Shown here: positions 42,204 through 52,930 of the stretch, piece after piece | How positions within the stretch are numbered: position 1 is the stretch's first letter | Layout: each line of letters opens with the position of its first letter | From: Pseudomonadota bacterium | Lineage (GTDB): Bacteria; Chloroflexota; UBA5177; JAJPKF01 | Assembly (NCBI GenBank): GCA_021323865.1 | Contig: JAJPKF010000024.1 | Coordinates: forward strand, 9,207 to 73,206 | Direction of reading: 5' to 3' | DNA length: 64,000 bases | Translations under genes and position numbers: made by a program | Notes under the pieces: generated by a model | Database searches by the model: none | Seen by the model: only the letters and a program-made list of their open reading frames with translations | What the model was told of the DNA's origin: nothing

Positions 42204-44393
42204 CTAGCGCACCTGGGCGGGCAGCTCCGGTCCGGCCAGATGCCGTTCCACATGGCTGGCCGGATGGATGCTGATGTCGAGGTTGTCCGGGTTGTCCTTG
42301 ATCTCGAGCAACAGGGAGCCATTCTCGCGGATGATACGGAGACCAAGCTTGGAGCCGCAGATGGACATGCCGTCGACATCCAGCTCGTCGAGACCGGCGG
42401 GCAGGACGGGCGTGATGTCCACGTGTCGCGAGAACGGGCGCGGAGCGATGCCCAGCCACGTCTGCAGGAGGAGGAAGATGACGCCGGCCGACCAGGCCTG
42501 TGGGCGGCAGGCGTCGGGCTGGCGCGCGAGCACGCCGGCCGTTTCGCGGGTCACGCCGCAGTACACCTCCGGCCACCGGCGGTACTCGAAGTACTGTGAC
42601 GCGTCGACCAGCGCTTCATGCACCTGCTGGGCGGCCCGAACGTAGCCGTACTTCTTCAGTCCGGCCGCCATGAGGGAGTTCTCAAACGGCCAGATCGATC
42701 CGTCGTGATAGCTAAGGGCGTTGAAGGCCCGCTCGTCGGTGGCCATGGTACGGATACCCCAGCTGGAGCACATCTTCGGATCCACCAGCGTTTCGGCGAC
42801 GGCTTGCGCATGCTCCTCGTCGATGAGACGGGCCCAGAGGCAATGGCCCGGATTGGAGGTGACCACGTCGACCTGGCGGTGGTGGCCGTCGAGGGCCATG
42901 GCGTAAAAGTTCTTGTTCGGCATCCAGAACTCCTCGTTGAAGCGCTGCTTGAGCGCGTCCGCCCGCTCCTGGAGCCGCCGCCCTTCCGCCCCCACGCGTT
43001 CTGAGGGCGGCATCGCGGCATACAGGTCGGCCCACAGCTGCAGCGCTCGGTAGAGGTAGCCCTGGACCTCCGACAGGCTGATGGGATGATCTCGGACAAT
43101 GGAGCCGTCGGAGTAGACGACGGCAATGGAGCTGTCCTTCCAGCCCTGATTGAAGAGCCCCACGGTCAGCGCCGCTGATCCAGGAGCCGGCGGCGTGTGG
43201 GCCTTGTATTGGATGTAGCCGGATCCATCCATATCGCCGTCGGTGTCGATCCACTTCCAGGCTGCATCCAGATGGGGTCGGATCTCGCGGAACCATTCGA
43301 GATCCTGCGTCCAGCGCAGGTACTCGGCGGCCAGAACCAAGAAGAGCGGCGTGGCGTCGACCGAGCCGTAGAACAGGCCGAATGGAACCTCGCGCAACCT
43401 GGCCAGTTCCCCGGTGTGCATCTCATGCATGATCTTGCCGGGCTGTTCGTCGTTCCAGGGATTGTTCTCCTTGCCTTGGCGGTCAGCCAGGAAACAGAGT
43501 ACGTCTCGAGCGATGTTGGGGTTCCAAGACAGCGTCTGCAGCGCCGTGATGATGCAGTCACGACCGAAGGGAACGGCAAAGCGGGGAAGTCCCGCGCAGG
43601 GCACCCAGCCGTCCGGAAACTCGGTCATCAAGGCTTCCAAATCGTCCGTGCTTCGGCGCAGGATGGAGTCGAGGGTGGCGTTGCTCACCAGGAAGCGGGT
43701 GCCCTGGTCGAACCACGGTGGCTTCGGCTTACCGGAGATTTCCGGCTGGGCCGAGAGGTGCCCGCCGTGCGTCGCCTCCGACTTGAGCTGCAGCTCGAGA
43801 CGCACGGTCTGCCGCTCGTTGACGTCGAGCTGGATGTCGAAGTACATGGTGGAGCCTTCGAATCGCGTGATATCGGGCTTGGTTCGAATACGGGTCGTGT
43901 CGCGGACGTCGTCCAACCCCACGTAGGCCAGGTGAACCGTGTTGTGGGTGCTCTCGGGGTCCATTAGCCGGCCGCGCTTCATTCGCTTGACCCCGCGCGC
44001 CTCGAAGGAGTCAAAGAAATCGCTGCCGATTTCGATGGACAGCTCCAGGTCCACCGCTTTCCCCGACCAGTTGACGAGGGTCATCTCCATGTGAACGTCG
44101 GCGAGGCCGCTGGATCGTTCCTGCAGGGTGTTGCGCTGGAGGATGCCGACCGCTCGGGTTGGAATGCCGTCGAGCGACGGGTTGGTGAATAGGTAGGAGA
44201 GCTGGAAGAGATGCTCCTCGGTCGAGCCAAGGAGCACCGGTTCACAGCCGTTGATTCGGATCTGAAAGCGGCTGAGAAAGCGGGTGTCGGCCAGGAACAG
44301 GCCCTGGCTGGAGGCCGCCTCCGGATTCATGGAGCCGTCCTCGGCCGTGGCCAGGACGATGGGGCCCTCTTTGATGATGCGGCGGTGCTGCAT
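42204..44393 (-). CDS. amylo-alpha-1,6-glucosidase (GDE C-terminal domain) family, (alpha/alpha)6-barrel glycoside hydrolase
   Basis: 729 aa with GDE_C-like blocks (GKIMHEMHTGE, DATPLFLVLAAEYLRWTQD, WKDSSIAV, GHCLWARLID, SYHDGSIWPFEN). Confidence 0.7.
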   Translation of the reverse strand: MQHRRIIKEGPIVLATAEDGSMNPEAASSQGLFLADTRFLSRFQIRINGCEPVLLGSTEEHLFQLSYLFTNPSLDGIPTRAVGILQRNTLQERSSGLADVHMEMTLVNWSGKAVDLELSIEIGSDFFDSFEARGVKRMKRGRLMDPESTHNTVHLAYVGLDDVRDTTRIRTKPDITRFEGSTMYFDIQLDVNERQTVRLELQLKSEATHGGHLSAQPEISGKPKPPWFDQGTRFLVSNATLDSILRRSTDDLEALMTEFPDGWVPCAGLPRFAVPFGRDCIITALQTLSWNPNIARDVLCFLADRQGKENNPWNDEQPGKIMHEMHTGELARLREVPFGLFYGSVDATPLFLVLAAEYLRWTQDLEWFREIRPHLDAAWKWIDTDGDMDGSGYIQYKAHTPPAPGSAALTVGLFNQGWKDSSIAVVYSDGSIVRDHPISLSEVQGYLYRALQLWADLYAAMPPSERVGAEGRRLQERADALKQRFNEEFWMPNKNFYAMALDGHHRQVDVVTSNPGHCLWARLIDEEHAQAVAETLVDPKMCSSWGIRTMATDERAFNALSYHDGSIWPFENSLMAAGLKKYGYVRAAQQVHEALVDASQYFEYRRWPEVYCGVTRETAGVLARQPDACRPQAWSAGVIFLLLQTWLGIAPRPFSRHVDITPVLPAGLDELDVDGMSICGSKLGLRIIRENGSLLLEIKDNPDNLDISIHPASHVERHLAGPELPAQVR

Positions 44394-44453
44394 GACCGCT
44401 CCCCCGGTTGTTATCGCATCATCGTAAACCGCGACGATGCGGCTAGAGGCGGA

Positions 44454-46301
44454 CTAGCCCGCTGCCTCTACGACCCCGTCGTGGCAGTGGGCCTCCACCC
44501 GGCCATCCGCGAACTGCTCGTGATACAGCCGCGAGTAGGGGCCCTGCATGCGCATGAGCTCGGCATGGCTGCCACGCTCCACGATGCGGCCTCGTTCGAG
44601 CATCAGGATCTGGTCGGCACGAAGGATGGTGGACAGGCGATGGGCAATCGCGATCGTCGTGCGCCCCTGCATCAAGGGTTCGAGGGCGGCCTGGATCAGC
44701 CGCTCGGAGTGCGTGTCCAGGGCGCTGGTGGCTTCGTCCAGGATCAGCACCCGTGGGTCCTTCAGGACCACGCGGGCGATCGCCAGGCGCTGTTTCTCGC
44801 CGCCAGAGAGACGGTAGCCGCGCTCTCCGACCATGGTGTCGAGCCCGTCGGGCAGCTCGGAGATACGTTCGGCGAGGTTGGCCGCGCGGACCGCCTCATG
44901 CAGTTGAGCCTCGGTGGCCTCGGGCTTGGCGAACAGGAGGTTGTCACGGATGGTGGCGTGGAACAGGAAAGTCTCCTGCGTGACCATGCCGATGGCCTCA
45001 GCCAGCGACTCGAGGGTAATGTCGCGGACGTCCCGGCCGTCGAGGAGCACCCGTCCGCTCGTCGCCTCATAGAGCCGAGCCGCCAGGTAGGTGATGGTTG
45101 TCTTCCCTGCGCCGCTGGGTCCGACGAGCGCCACCAGCCGGCCCGGATCGGCCTCGAACGTGACATCCTGGACGGCGGGCCGGCCACCGGTGCCGTCGTA
45201 GCTGAACCACACCTGCTCGAAGGCCACATCGCCGCCGACGCGTGCCGGATTGAGGGTGACCGCACCCGGCCGGTTGGTGATCTCGATGGGCAGGTCGAGG
45301 TACTCGAAGATGCGGTCGAACAGGGCCAGCGCCCCCTGCATCTGCACCTGAACCTGCAGCAGCTGACCGATCGGGAAGAACACCCGGCTCTGCAAGGTCG
45401 TGAAAGCGACGATATCGCCGATGGTCGGATGGCCGGCGACATGTCCGAGGATGAGCCGGCCGGCCACGTAATACACGAGCGCCGGCGAGATGGAGAAGAA
45501 GGTCGATATGAGCATGAAGAACCAACGGCCAACCATCTGCTGGCGCAGCTCGAGGTCTGCGAGTCGCTGGTTTTCAGTAGTGAATCGCTCGACGGATTGC
45601 TCCTGCCGGCCGAAGACCTTGGTGACCAAAACGCCGGAGACGGAGAGCGTCTCTTCCACAAGCGCGCTCATGCTGGCCATCGTCATCTGCGTGGCTTTGC
45701 TGATCTCGCGCCGGATCTTACCCACCTTGTAGGTGATGAAGAGGAAGATGGGCATCAGGGCGAAGGTCAGCAGCGTGAGCTGCCAGGAGATGATGACCAT
45801 GGCGATGACGGTCGAGAGGACGGTCGTGATATTCGACACGACGCTGGTGGCCGTGTTGGTGATCACATCCTGCACACCGCCGACGTCGTTGGAGAGCCTG
45901 GATTGAATTTCCCCGGTGCGGGTGTTGCTGAAGAAGCGCAGGCTCATGGCTTGGAGATGGCGGTAGAGGTTGTTGCGCAGATCGCGCATGACCCGCTGGC
46001 CGACCAGGTTGTTCAGGTAGGTCTGACCGACGCCGATCAGTCCCGTGAAGATGGGGATCACGACCATGAGCGCGGCGTAGAGAGTCAGTTTCGAAAGGCT
46101 GCGATGGAGCAGCGCATCGTCGATGATCAGCTTCAGCAGGAGCGGATTGGCCAGGCCAAAGATGGCGATCACCAGGATGGCGACCAGCACCAAAACGACC
46201 TGCGCGCGATAGGGCCGGAAGTATCCCGTCACGCGACGGACGGTTCCGGGTCGCGGCTTGTGCTCGGGCGCCTGCACTGCGCCCAGACTGTGTCGGCCCA
46301 C
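44454..46301 (-). CDS. ABC exporter, fused transmembrane/ATP-binding protein (MsbA-like type I)
   Basis: Six N-terminal TM helices. Walker A GPSGAGKTT, signature LSGGEKQRLAIARV, Walker B LILDEATSALD. Confidence 0.85.
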   Translation of the reverse strand: MGRHSLGAVQAPEHKPRPGTVRRVTGYFRPYRAQVVLVLVAILVIAIFGLANPLLLKLIIDDALLHRSLSKLTLYAALMVVIPIFTGLIGVGQTYLNNLVGQRVMRDLRNNLYRHLQAMSLRFFSNTRTGEIQSRLSNDVGGVQDVITNTATSVVSNITTVLSTVIAMVIISWQLTLLTFALMPIFLFITYKVGKIRREISKATQMTMASMSALVEETLSVSGVLVTKVFGRQEQSVERFTTENQRLADLELRQQMVGRWFFMLISTFFSISPALVYYVAGRLILGHVAGHPTIGDIVAFTTLQSRVFFPIGQLLQVQVQMQGALALFDRIFEYLDLPIEITNRPGAVTLNPARVGGDVAFEQVWFSYDGTGGRPAVQDVTFEADPGRLVALVGPSGAGKTTITYLAARLYEATSGRVLLDGRDVRDITLESLAEAIGMVTQETFLFHATIRDNLLFAKPEATEAQLHEAVRAANLAERISELPDGLDTMVGERGYRLSGGEKQRLAIARVVLKDPRVLILDEATSALDTHSERLIQAALEPLMQGRTTIAIAHRLSTILRADQILMLERGRIVERGSHAELMRMQGPYSRLYHEQFADGRVEAHCHDGVVEAAG

Positions 46302-46467
46302 GCCTAGCGTCCCCTGAGCTGTTTATCCCATCGTACGTGGATGGGCCTTTGACGAGAGATGAACGTCAGGTTAAAATGGCGCACGTCCGGTCCAGGCGGC
46401 CCACCCGAGACCCGCGTCTTCACCGCCATCCCGAGGCCTAACTAGTCATCCCTGGAGAGTCGCCCAC

Positions 46468-47994
46468 ATGCATACCTGGGAGCCACCTGCCGCACTAAAG
46501 CTACTCAAGCTGCCGGTGACCATGGTCGCCGGCATTGTTGTCATCCTAAGCCTCTCGATGGGTGTCGCCTCGCCGGCGCCCGCCGGGCACCAGGCAGGTC
46601 AGGCGATGAGCCTCGCCGGCCTCCAGCGACTCCTGGGGTCCGAAGCCTCGATGGGCTCGCTTCCGGGCGGCGCACCCGCGCCCGCGGTTGCAAGCCTTCA
46701 TCAGGCCGCCGCGCCCCTTCGTTCCGCGAACAAGAAGTGCGCTCACGCTCCGGCCCACGGTTTTCTGCATACCTCGGGAGTGTGGATCGTGGACAAGAAC
46801 AACTGCAAGGTGCGTCTGGTCGGCGCCACCTGGTACGGTATGCAGACCACCTACTACGTTCCCGCCGGCTTGGATTTTCTTCCGTATCAGGAGATCCTTT
46901 CCAAGATCAAGCAGCTGGGCTTCAACACCATTCGCATCCCGCTCTCTGATGAGCTGGTTCGCTACAACAAGAAGCTGCACGTGAACAACAGCTATCTGCA
47001 GGCAAACCCGGACCTTCAGAATCTGCACCCGCTTCAGGTGCTGGACAAGATCGTGGCCGCCGCCGGCAAGCTGAAGCTCATGATCATCCTGGACAACCAC
47101 TTCTCGGTTGCCCGGACCCCCGCCTCGTACGGCAAGCATTCTCATGCTCGAAAGCACGAAGCGACCTGGATCACCAAGGGCTATTCCGAGCAGACCTGGA
47201 TCAACGACTGGCTGACCGTGACGCACCGCTACCGCGGCGATCCGACGGTCATCGGTTTCGATCTGCGCAACGAGCCCCACACCGACGGCCCCGGACCCTG
47301 GAGCCTCAAGACGTATCTGAAGCAGGGCGCCACATGGGGCCGGTACCCCAGCAAGATGTGGAAGCCCAGCAGTGACTGGGCCGCCGCGGCGACCAAGGCC
47401 GGCAACCACATCCTGTCCGTGAACCCGCATCTGCTGATGTTCGTGGAGGGTGTGCAGCTCTACCCGGACCCCAAGGGGCAGATGAAGCCACTCACCCATC
47501 GCGGCGTGGAAACCTACTGGTGGGGAAGCATCCTGCGCGGCGTTCTGACCGATCCCATCCACTTTCGGATCGGCCATCAGCTGGTCTACTCGCCGCACGA
47601 GTGGGGGCCATGGAAGTACAACCTGGGCCAGTTCAGCTACAAGACAACGTACAAGTACCTCTCCCACATCTTTGGATGGAACTGGGCGTTCATTCTCCAC
47701 AGCAAGAACCCCAAGATTCGGGCGCCCATCTGGCTCGGTGAGTTCAATACCTGTAACACGCGCAAGAAGTGCGTCAACGCCAAGGCCAAGGGCAGCCAGG
47801 GGGAATGGTTCCAGCTCCTCTTGCACTACCTGCGTGATAATCCCGAGATCAACTGGTCCTACTATCCGCTCAACGGCAGCAACTCGTTTGACGAGCCTTC
47901 CAACAACAGCATCCTCAATCCCAACTGGACCCAGCCGCGGCTGCCCGATCTGATGAAGGCGCTGCGACCCCTGGAGAAGCAGCCCAAGAACTAA
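46468..47994 (+). CDS. secreted glycoside hydrolase family 5 (cellulase family A) enzyme, paralogue 1
   Basis: Signal peptide, then the GH5 acid/base motif IGFDLRNEPH and nucleophile motif IWLGEFN. The promoter-like TTGACG-17-TAAAAT at ~46357-46385 lies upstream. Confidence 0.8.
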   Translation: MHTWEPPAALKLLKLPVTMVAGIVVILSLSMGVASPAPAGHQAGQAMSLAGLQRLLGSEASMGSLPGGAPAPAVASLHQAAAPLRSANKKCAHAPAHGFLHTSGVWIVDKNNCKVRLVGATWYGMQTTYYVPAGLDFLPYQEILSKIKQLGFNTIRIPLSDELVRYNKKLHVNNSYLQANPDLQNLHPLQVLDKIVAAAGKLKLMIILDNHFSVARTPASYGKHSHARKHEATWITKGYSEQTWINDWLTVTHRYRGDPTVIGFDLRNEPHTDGPGPWSLKTYLKQGATWGRYPSKMWKPSSDWAAAATKAGNHILSVNPHLLMFVEGVQLYPDPKGQMKPLTHRGVETYWWGSILRGVLTDPIHFRIGHQLVYSPHEWGPWKYNLGQFSYKTTYKYLSHIFGWNWAFILHSKNPKIRAPIWLGEFNTCNTRKKCVNAKAKGSQGEWFQLLLHYLRDNPEINWSYYPLNGSNSFDEPSNNSILNPNWTQPRLPDLMKALRPLEKQPKN

Positions 47995-48097
47995 CCGGCC
48001 GTGCCGCCGGCGATCGATCCCTCCCGGATGCCCTTCGTCGCCCGATTCCCAGAACCACCCGTTACACAAGCCGATTGCGGAAAGGAGCGAGCCTGTC

Positions 48098-49453
48098 GTG
48101 GCACCAGCCGGCCGCCGGACCTTTGCCTCACTGCTTCTCGTCATGGCGACGCTCGCCGTCGTCCTGTCCATCGCCGTCACCGGGAACCTGGTCTCCCGAG
48201 CCCAGATACTGCCGATCGGCGCTCATCAGAGCCCCTGCGGCACCGCCCCCAACCCCGGGTGGTTCCACACCAAGGGCGTGTGGATCGAGGACAGTCAGAA
48301 CTGCCGGGTCCGGCTCGAGGGAGTCACCTGGTACGGCATGCAGACGTTGTTTTACGCACCGGGCGGTCTGGACTATCAGCCCTATACTGCGATCCTCAGC
48401 AAGATCAAAGACCTGGGATTCAACACGATTCGGATCCCTCTGACCGACCAGCTGGTCCGTTACGACAGCCAGATCACGGTCACGCAGCATCTGCGGGCGA
48501 ACCCGGACCTGAAGGGCCTGCACCCACTCCAGATCCTCGACCGGATCATCCAAGCCGCCGGACAGCTGGGCCTCTTCGTCATCCTGGACAATCACGACAC
48601 CACCGCGCGGACCAAGCCGATTGCCCCCGGGGAGGGGCCGGCTCTTTGGACCGAGGGCAGCTACTCAGAGCTGACGTGGATCCATGACTGGACCACGCTG
48701 GCCAGGCGGTATCAGAACAATCCGACGGTGATCGGCTTCGATCTGCGCAACGAGCCGCACACCAACGGGCCCGGGCCATGGAGCCTCAAGACGTATCTGA
48801 AGCAGGGCGCAACCTGGGGCCGCTATCCCAGCAAGGCGTGGAAGCGCAGAACCGATTGGGCGCGGGCGGCGCGCCGCTGCGGCGACGCGGTCCTGAAGGT
48901 CAATCCGCACCTGTTGATCTTCGTGGAGGGCGTACAGCTTTATCCCGACGCCAAGGAACCGCGCCACATCGACGCCTACTGGTGGGGCAGCATTCTGCGT
49001 GGGGTTGCGCACGATCCAGTGCGTCTGGATGTGCCTCACCAGCTCGTCTACTCCACGCACGAGTGGGGGCCCTGGAAGTATCGGTCACCGCAGTTCTACG
49101 GCAAGGTCACCTGGAAACGGATATTCCACCTGTTCAATTCGCAGTGGGGGTTCATCCTTCATCAGGCCGATCGGGCGCTGCGCGCGCCCATCTGGCTGGG
49201 TGAGTTCAACACCTGCAACGATCGCAAGAAGTGCGTGGCCAACAGCAAACGAGGCAGTCAGGGTCAGTGGTTCCAGATCCTGCTCCGCTACCTCAAGCGG
49301 AACCCCGAGATCAGCTGGTCGTACTACCCCATCAACGGGACCAACAGCTGGGATCAGACGTCGAACAACAGCATCCTGAATCACCACTGGAGCAAGGTGC
49401 GACTGAAGACGCTGATGAAGGCCTTGAAGCCGATCCAGCGGCAGCCCGGATAG
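48098..49453 (+). CDS. secreted glycoside hydrolase family 5 enzyme, paralogue 2 (tandem duplicate)
   Basis: Signal peptide MAPAGRRTFASLLLVMATLAVVLSIAV. GFDLRNEPH and IWLGEFN motifs. There are long stretches of near-identical protein, and partly nucleotide, sequence with the upstream GH5 gene. Confidence 0.8.
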   Translation: MAPAGRRTFASLLLVMATLAVVLSIAVTGNLVSRAQILPIGAHQSPCGTAPNPGWFHTKGVWIEDSQNCRVRLEGVTWYGMQTLFYAPGGLDYQPYTAILSKIKDLGFNTIRIPLTDQLVRYDSQITVTQHLRANPDLKGLHPLQILDRIIQAAGQLGLFVILDNHDTTARTKPIAPGEGPALWTEGSYSELTWIHDWTTLARRYQNNPTVIGFDLRNEPHTNGPGPWSLKTYLKQGATWGRYPSKAWKRRTDWARAARRCGDAVLKVNPHLLIFVEGVQLYPDAKEPRHIDAYWWGSILRGVAHDPVRLDVPHQLVYSTHEWGPWKYRSPQFYGKVTWKRIFHLFNSQWGFILHQADRALRAPIWLGEFNTCNDRKKCVANSKRGSQGQWFQILLRYLKRNPEISWSYYPINGTNSWDQTSNNSILNHHWSKVRLKTLMKALKPIQRQPG

Positions 49454-49823
49454 GGAGCCGGACGAACCCAGAAACTAGTAACCCGGAAACCGAGGATTCT
49501 GGGTATCTGCCTCGTCGCCCCGGCGGAACTCGCAGTGGTGAGACGCGCGCCCGAAATCACAAGCGAAGCTCGGGACGCTGTTGCTTCAGATGCAGCAACG
49601 AGGTAGTCGAGCGGCGTGGCCGGGTCTTTGGCCGGCGGCAGGCTGGTGAGAGCTTGGGGCCTTCGCCCGGGTTAGCTGCCTGCCGACGGGGCGTTGTTCG
49701 CCGGCGGATCCACCGGAGACGCGGCGCTGCCGATGTCACCCGGCAGGACGCTTCATGGCCCCCACATTCGGCGGAAAGCAGCCCCGATTGCTCACTACAA
49801 TCGATTGGGAGGTGAATGTCGTC

Positions 49824-50336
49824 ATGGAAGATCCACGCCGCCGAGGGCCCGGCTACATTTCGCTTCGAGACGCCGTGAATCAGCTCTTTGAGGGGAGCGT
49901 CGTCTCACCCGGTCGCCCTCGCCAGGACTTCGAGGGGATCACTCCGCCCGTGGATGTCCACGAGACGGAGGACGCGTACCACATCTCGATGGCCGTACCG
50001 GGAGCTGATCCGGACAAGATCAATGTCTCTGCCCAGGGGAGAACGCTCATCGTCGCCGGAACCGTCGAGCGGCGCTGGCAGCGGGAGCGGGCGCACGTCC
50101 ACTATCAGGAGATCGAGACCGGACACTTCTCGCGCTCGTTCACCCTGGGCGACGATGTCGACGTGGACCAGGCCGACGCCTCGTTCGATAACGGCATACT
50201 CAGCCTGACGCTGCCCAAGGCGCAGACGGCAAGGCCCAGGTCGATCAAGGTGACCAGCGGACGGGCGGGCGCCGGCCAGGGTACGCCCATCCAGGGACAG
50301 GAGTCTGCCGGCAGCGAGACCAAGCTCGAGGGCTAG
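49824..50336 (+). CDS. Hsp20/alpha-crystallin family small heat-shock protein
   Basis: Alpha-crystallin domain (VDVHETEDAYHISMAVPG...GILSLTLPK). The GGAGGTGA SD precedes ATG 49824. The track ORF starts upstream at 49755. Confidence 0.85.
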   Translation: MEDPRRRGPGYISLRDAVNQLFEGSVVSPGRPRQDFEGITPPVDVHETEDAYHISMAVPGADPDKINVSAQGRTLIVAGTVERRWQRERAHVHYQEIETGHFSRSFTLGDDVDVDQADASFDNGILSLTLPKAQTARPRSIKVTSGRAGAGQGTPIQGQESAGSETKLEG

Positions 50337-50476
50337 TCCCGAGGCAGCCTGGGCTCCCCAGCAGAGAGCGGCGGACGAATGTGCCGCCGGATGGGGAGGC
50401 GCAGAACAGTCGTTCGGGCGTTTGCCTACCCCGACGGGCCAGAGCTGGCCACCGAAGCGAGGACAGCCGCCTGCGG

Positions 50477-51043
50477 CTAGATCCGCTCCAGCCAGTTGCG
50501 CAGGATGTGCGGGCCTTCTGGTGTCATGACCGACTCGGGGTGGAACTGAACCCCCTCGACATCGTGTTCCCGGTGACGCAGACCCATCACCGTGCCATCG
50601 GCGGTGCGTGCCGTGACCTCGAGACATTCGGGGACGCTTTCGGCGTCGATGGTCAGCGAGTGATACCGGACGGCAGAGATCGGATTGGGGACGTTCCGAA
50701 AGACGCCCTCGCCGGAGTGATAGACCTCTGAGCTCTTGCCGTGCATGAGCTCGGGGGCGATGACCACGCGTCCTCCATAGGCGTGCCCGATGCATTGGTG
50801 TCCCAGGCACACGCCGAGAATGGGGACCGTTCCCGCAAGCTCCGAGACGATCTGCAGCGATACGCCGGCCCGGTCCGGGGTGCCGGGACCTGGCGATATG
50901 ACCACGCCGCGGGGAGGCCGGGTCTTGAGATCGGCCACCTCAATGGCGTCGTTCCGCCGGACCTCGACGTTGGCGCCCAGCTCCGAAAGGAGCTGAAACA
51001 GGTTGAAGGTGAAGCTGTCGTAGTTGTCCACGAGCAGGATCAT
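50477..51043 (-). CDS. trpG: anthranilate synthase component II / glutamine amidotransferase
   Basis: MILLVDNYDSFTFNL, catalytic GVCLGHQ and HPES triad motifs. The start could instead be the upstream Met at 51079, which overlaps the trpE stop. Confidence 0.85.
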   Translation of the reverse strand: MILLVDNYDSFTFNLFQLLSELGANVEVRRNDAIEVADLKTRPPRGVVISPGPGTPDRAGVSLQIVSELAGTVPILGVCLGHQCIGHAYGGRVVIAPELMHGKSSEVYHSGEGVFRNVPNPISAVRYHSLTIDAESVPECLEVTARTADGTVMGLRHREHDVEGVQFHPESVMTPEGPHILRNWLERI

Positions 51044-51071
51044 ATCCTGCCCACCGTTCGCACCAGCCATC

Positions 51072-52577
51072 TCATCCAAGCCTTTGGGCCGCGCCCGCAG
51101 CCAGCAGGAGGGCCCGCGCCTTGTTCATGCTCTCTTGGTACTCACGCTCGGGTACGGAGTCGGCCACGATCCCGGCCCCGGCCTGGACGTGGATCTGGCC
51201 TCCCTTGATCACCGCGGTCCGTATGGTGATGGCAAACTCCATGTCGCCCGAGGGCGTCAGGAAGCCGACAGCGCCTCCGTAGGCCCCGCGTCGCTCCGGC
51301 TCCAGCTCGGCGATGATCTCCATCGCTCGAATCTTGGGCGCGCCTGAGAGGGTGCCGGCGGGGAAGGTGGCCCACAGTGCGTCGTCGCAGCTTCGATCGG
51401 ATCTGAGCGTGCCGGTGACATCGGAGACGATGTGCATGACGTGAGAGAAGCGCTCGACCTGCATCAGACTCTCAACCCTCACGGTGCCGGGAACGCAAAC
51501 CCGTCCGAGGTCGTTGCGGGCCAGATCCACCAGCATGATGTGCTCGGCGCGCTCCTTCTCGTCCGCCAGCAGCTCGGCGGCCAGCGCCTGGTCTTCCTCC
51601 TCGTCGCGACCGCGATGTCGCGTCCCGGCGATGGGACGGGTGGTGGCGGTCGATCCCTCCATCTGGAGCAGTAGCTCGGGCGATGCCCCAACCACTTGAT
51701 GGTCGCCGAACTCCAGGAAATACATGTAGGGCGAGGGGCTGACCGTTCGCAGCGCTCGATACAGGCCAAACGACTCACCACGCAGGGGGATCCGAAGCCG
51801 CTGGGAGAGGACGACCTGAAGGATGTCGCCGGCCGCGATGTAGGCCTTCGCCTCGCGGACCATCTCCTCGAACGCCTGAGGAGACACGTTGGATCGGGGC
51901 TGAACGAAGCCCCGACTGTCGGATGTCGAGCCGCCCGCAACGTACTCATCGGGAGAGACCGAGGTCCGCAAGCGTTCCACGAGTGCCTCGATGCGAGACA
52001 CCGCAGCCAGGAATTCCTCCTCCCGATGGTCGTCGAGGGGCATGTGGCTGATGACCCTAATGGTGTGCCGGACGTGATCGAAGACCAGGAATGTCTCGAC
52101 GCCCATGAAGAGACCGTCGGGCAACCCCAGTGAGTCGCGGTCAGGCACGGGAACGCGCTCCACCCGCCCGACCGCCTCGTACGAGAGGTAACCGATGGCG
52201 CCGCCGTCGAACCGCGTCTCCTCGGAGGGGAAGATGGTGCGCATGGCCGCCACCTTGGCGCGCAGCTCCGCGAAGGCAGCCGGAGCGACGCCCGAGGCAA
52301 CGTTTCCCGGAGGTGTGTCCGGAGCCTGCTGCGGCATCTCCCATCGCCAGGTGCCGTTTCCCAAAAAAGAGTAGCGACCAACACGCTCGCCTCCTTCCAC
52401 ACTCTCGAGCAGGAAGCTGAGCGAACCTTGGCGTACCTTCAGAAACGCCGACACCGGAGTGTCGAGGTCGGCAAGAATCTCGCGCTGAATGGCCACCACG
52501 CCGCCCGAGGGAAGATCCCGAATCTCGTCGAAGGCAGGAAAGTACCCGGTGATCCGCGAGGCGGCTCTCGCCTTCAC
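51072..52577 (-). CDS. trpE: anthranilate synthase component I
   Basis: Chorismate-binding family blocks (GAVGFLTPSGDMEFAITIRT, LSGAPKIRAMEII) and the N-terminal Trp-feedback LESVEGG motif. Confidence 0.9.
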   Translation of the reverse strand: MKARAASRITGYFPAFDEIRDLPSGGVVAIQREILADLDTPVSAFLKVRQGSLSFLLESVEGGERVGRYSFLGNGTWRWEMPQQAPDTPPGNVASGVAPAAFAELRAKVAAMRTIFPSEETRFDGGAIGYLSYEAVGRVERVPVPDRDSLGLPDGLFMGVETFLVFDHVRHTIRVISHMPLDDHREEEFLAAVSRIEALVERLRTSVSPDEYVAGGSTSDSRGFVQPRSNVSPQAFEEMVREAKAYIAAGDILQVVLSQRLRIPLRGESFGLYRALRTVSPSPYMYFLEFGDHQVVGASPELLLQMEGSTATTRPIAGTRHRGRDEEEDQALAAELLADEKERAEHIMLVDLARNDLGRVCVPGTVRVESLMQVERFSHVMHIVSDVTGTLRSDRSCDDALWATFPAGTLSGAPKIRAMEIIAELEPERRGAYGGAVGFLTPSGDMEFAITIRTAVIKGGQIHVQAGAGIVADSVPEREYQESMNKARALLLAAGAAQRLG

Positions 52578-52930
52578 GGGCCTTCCTCGACGAGATCGGG
52601 TCGCAGACCGCGAGCCTCACCCAGGTAGGTGTGCTGGACCGGCCCGGTTCCCTCCACATGGATGAGCACTCGGATGGCCCGCTCCAGCCCACCCGGTACG
52701 CTTACCTCGACGGTATCGAGCATGGGCACGGAGTCCCAGCCGATGCCTCGAGCCGCTCGGGCAGGATAGGTGGCGTTGAGATCGGGTGTCAGGCTGAAAA
52801 ACGCGCTGACCACGTCGCGGGCACCGATCCGGTTGCGCCGCTCGATCTCGCGCAGCATCTCACAGGTGGCGCGCTCGATGGCATCGGCCGAATTGGCGCT
52901 CGCCGTGATGGCGCCCCGAATTGCCCTCAT
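52574..52930 (-). CDS. aroH: chorismate mutase, AroH class
   Basis: MRAIRGAIT...[10 protein letters not shown]...[15 protein letters not shown] aligns along its length with the B. subtilis AroH monofunctional chorismate mutase. Confidence 0.8.
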   Translation of the reverse strand: MRAIRGAITASANSADAIERATCEMLREIERRNRIGARDVVSAFFSLTPDLNATYPARAARGIGWDSVPMLDTVEVSVPGGLERAIRVLIHVEGTGPVQHTYLGEARGLRPDLVEEGP

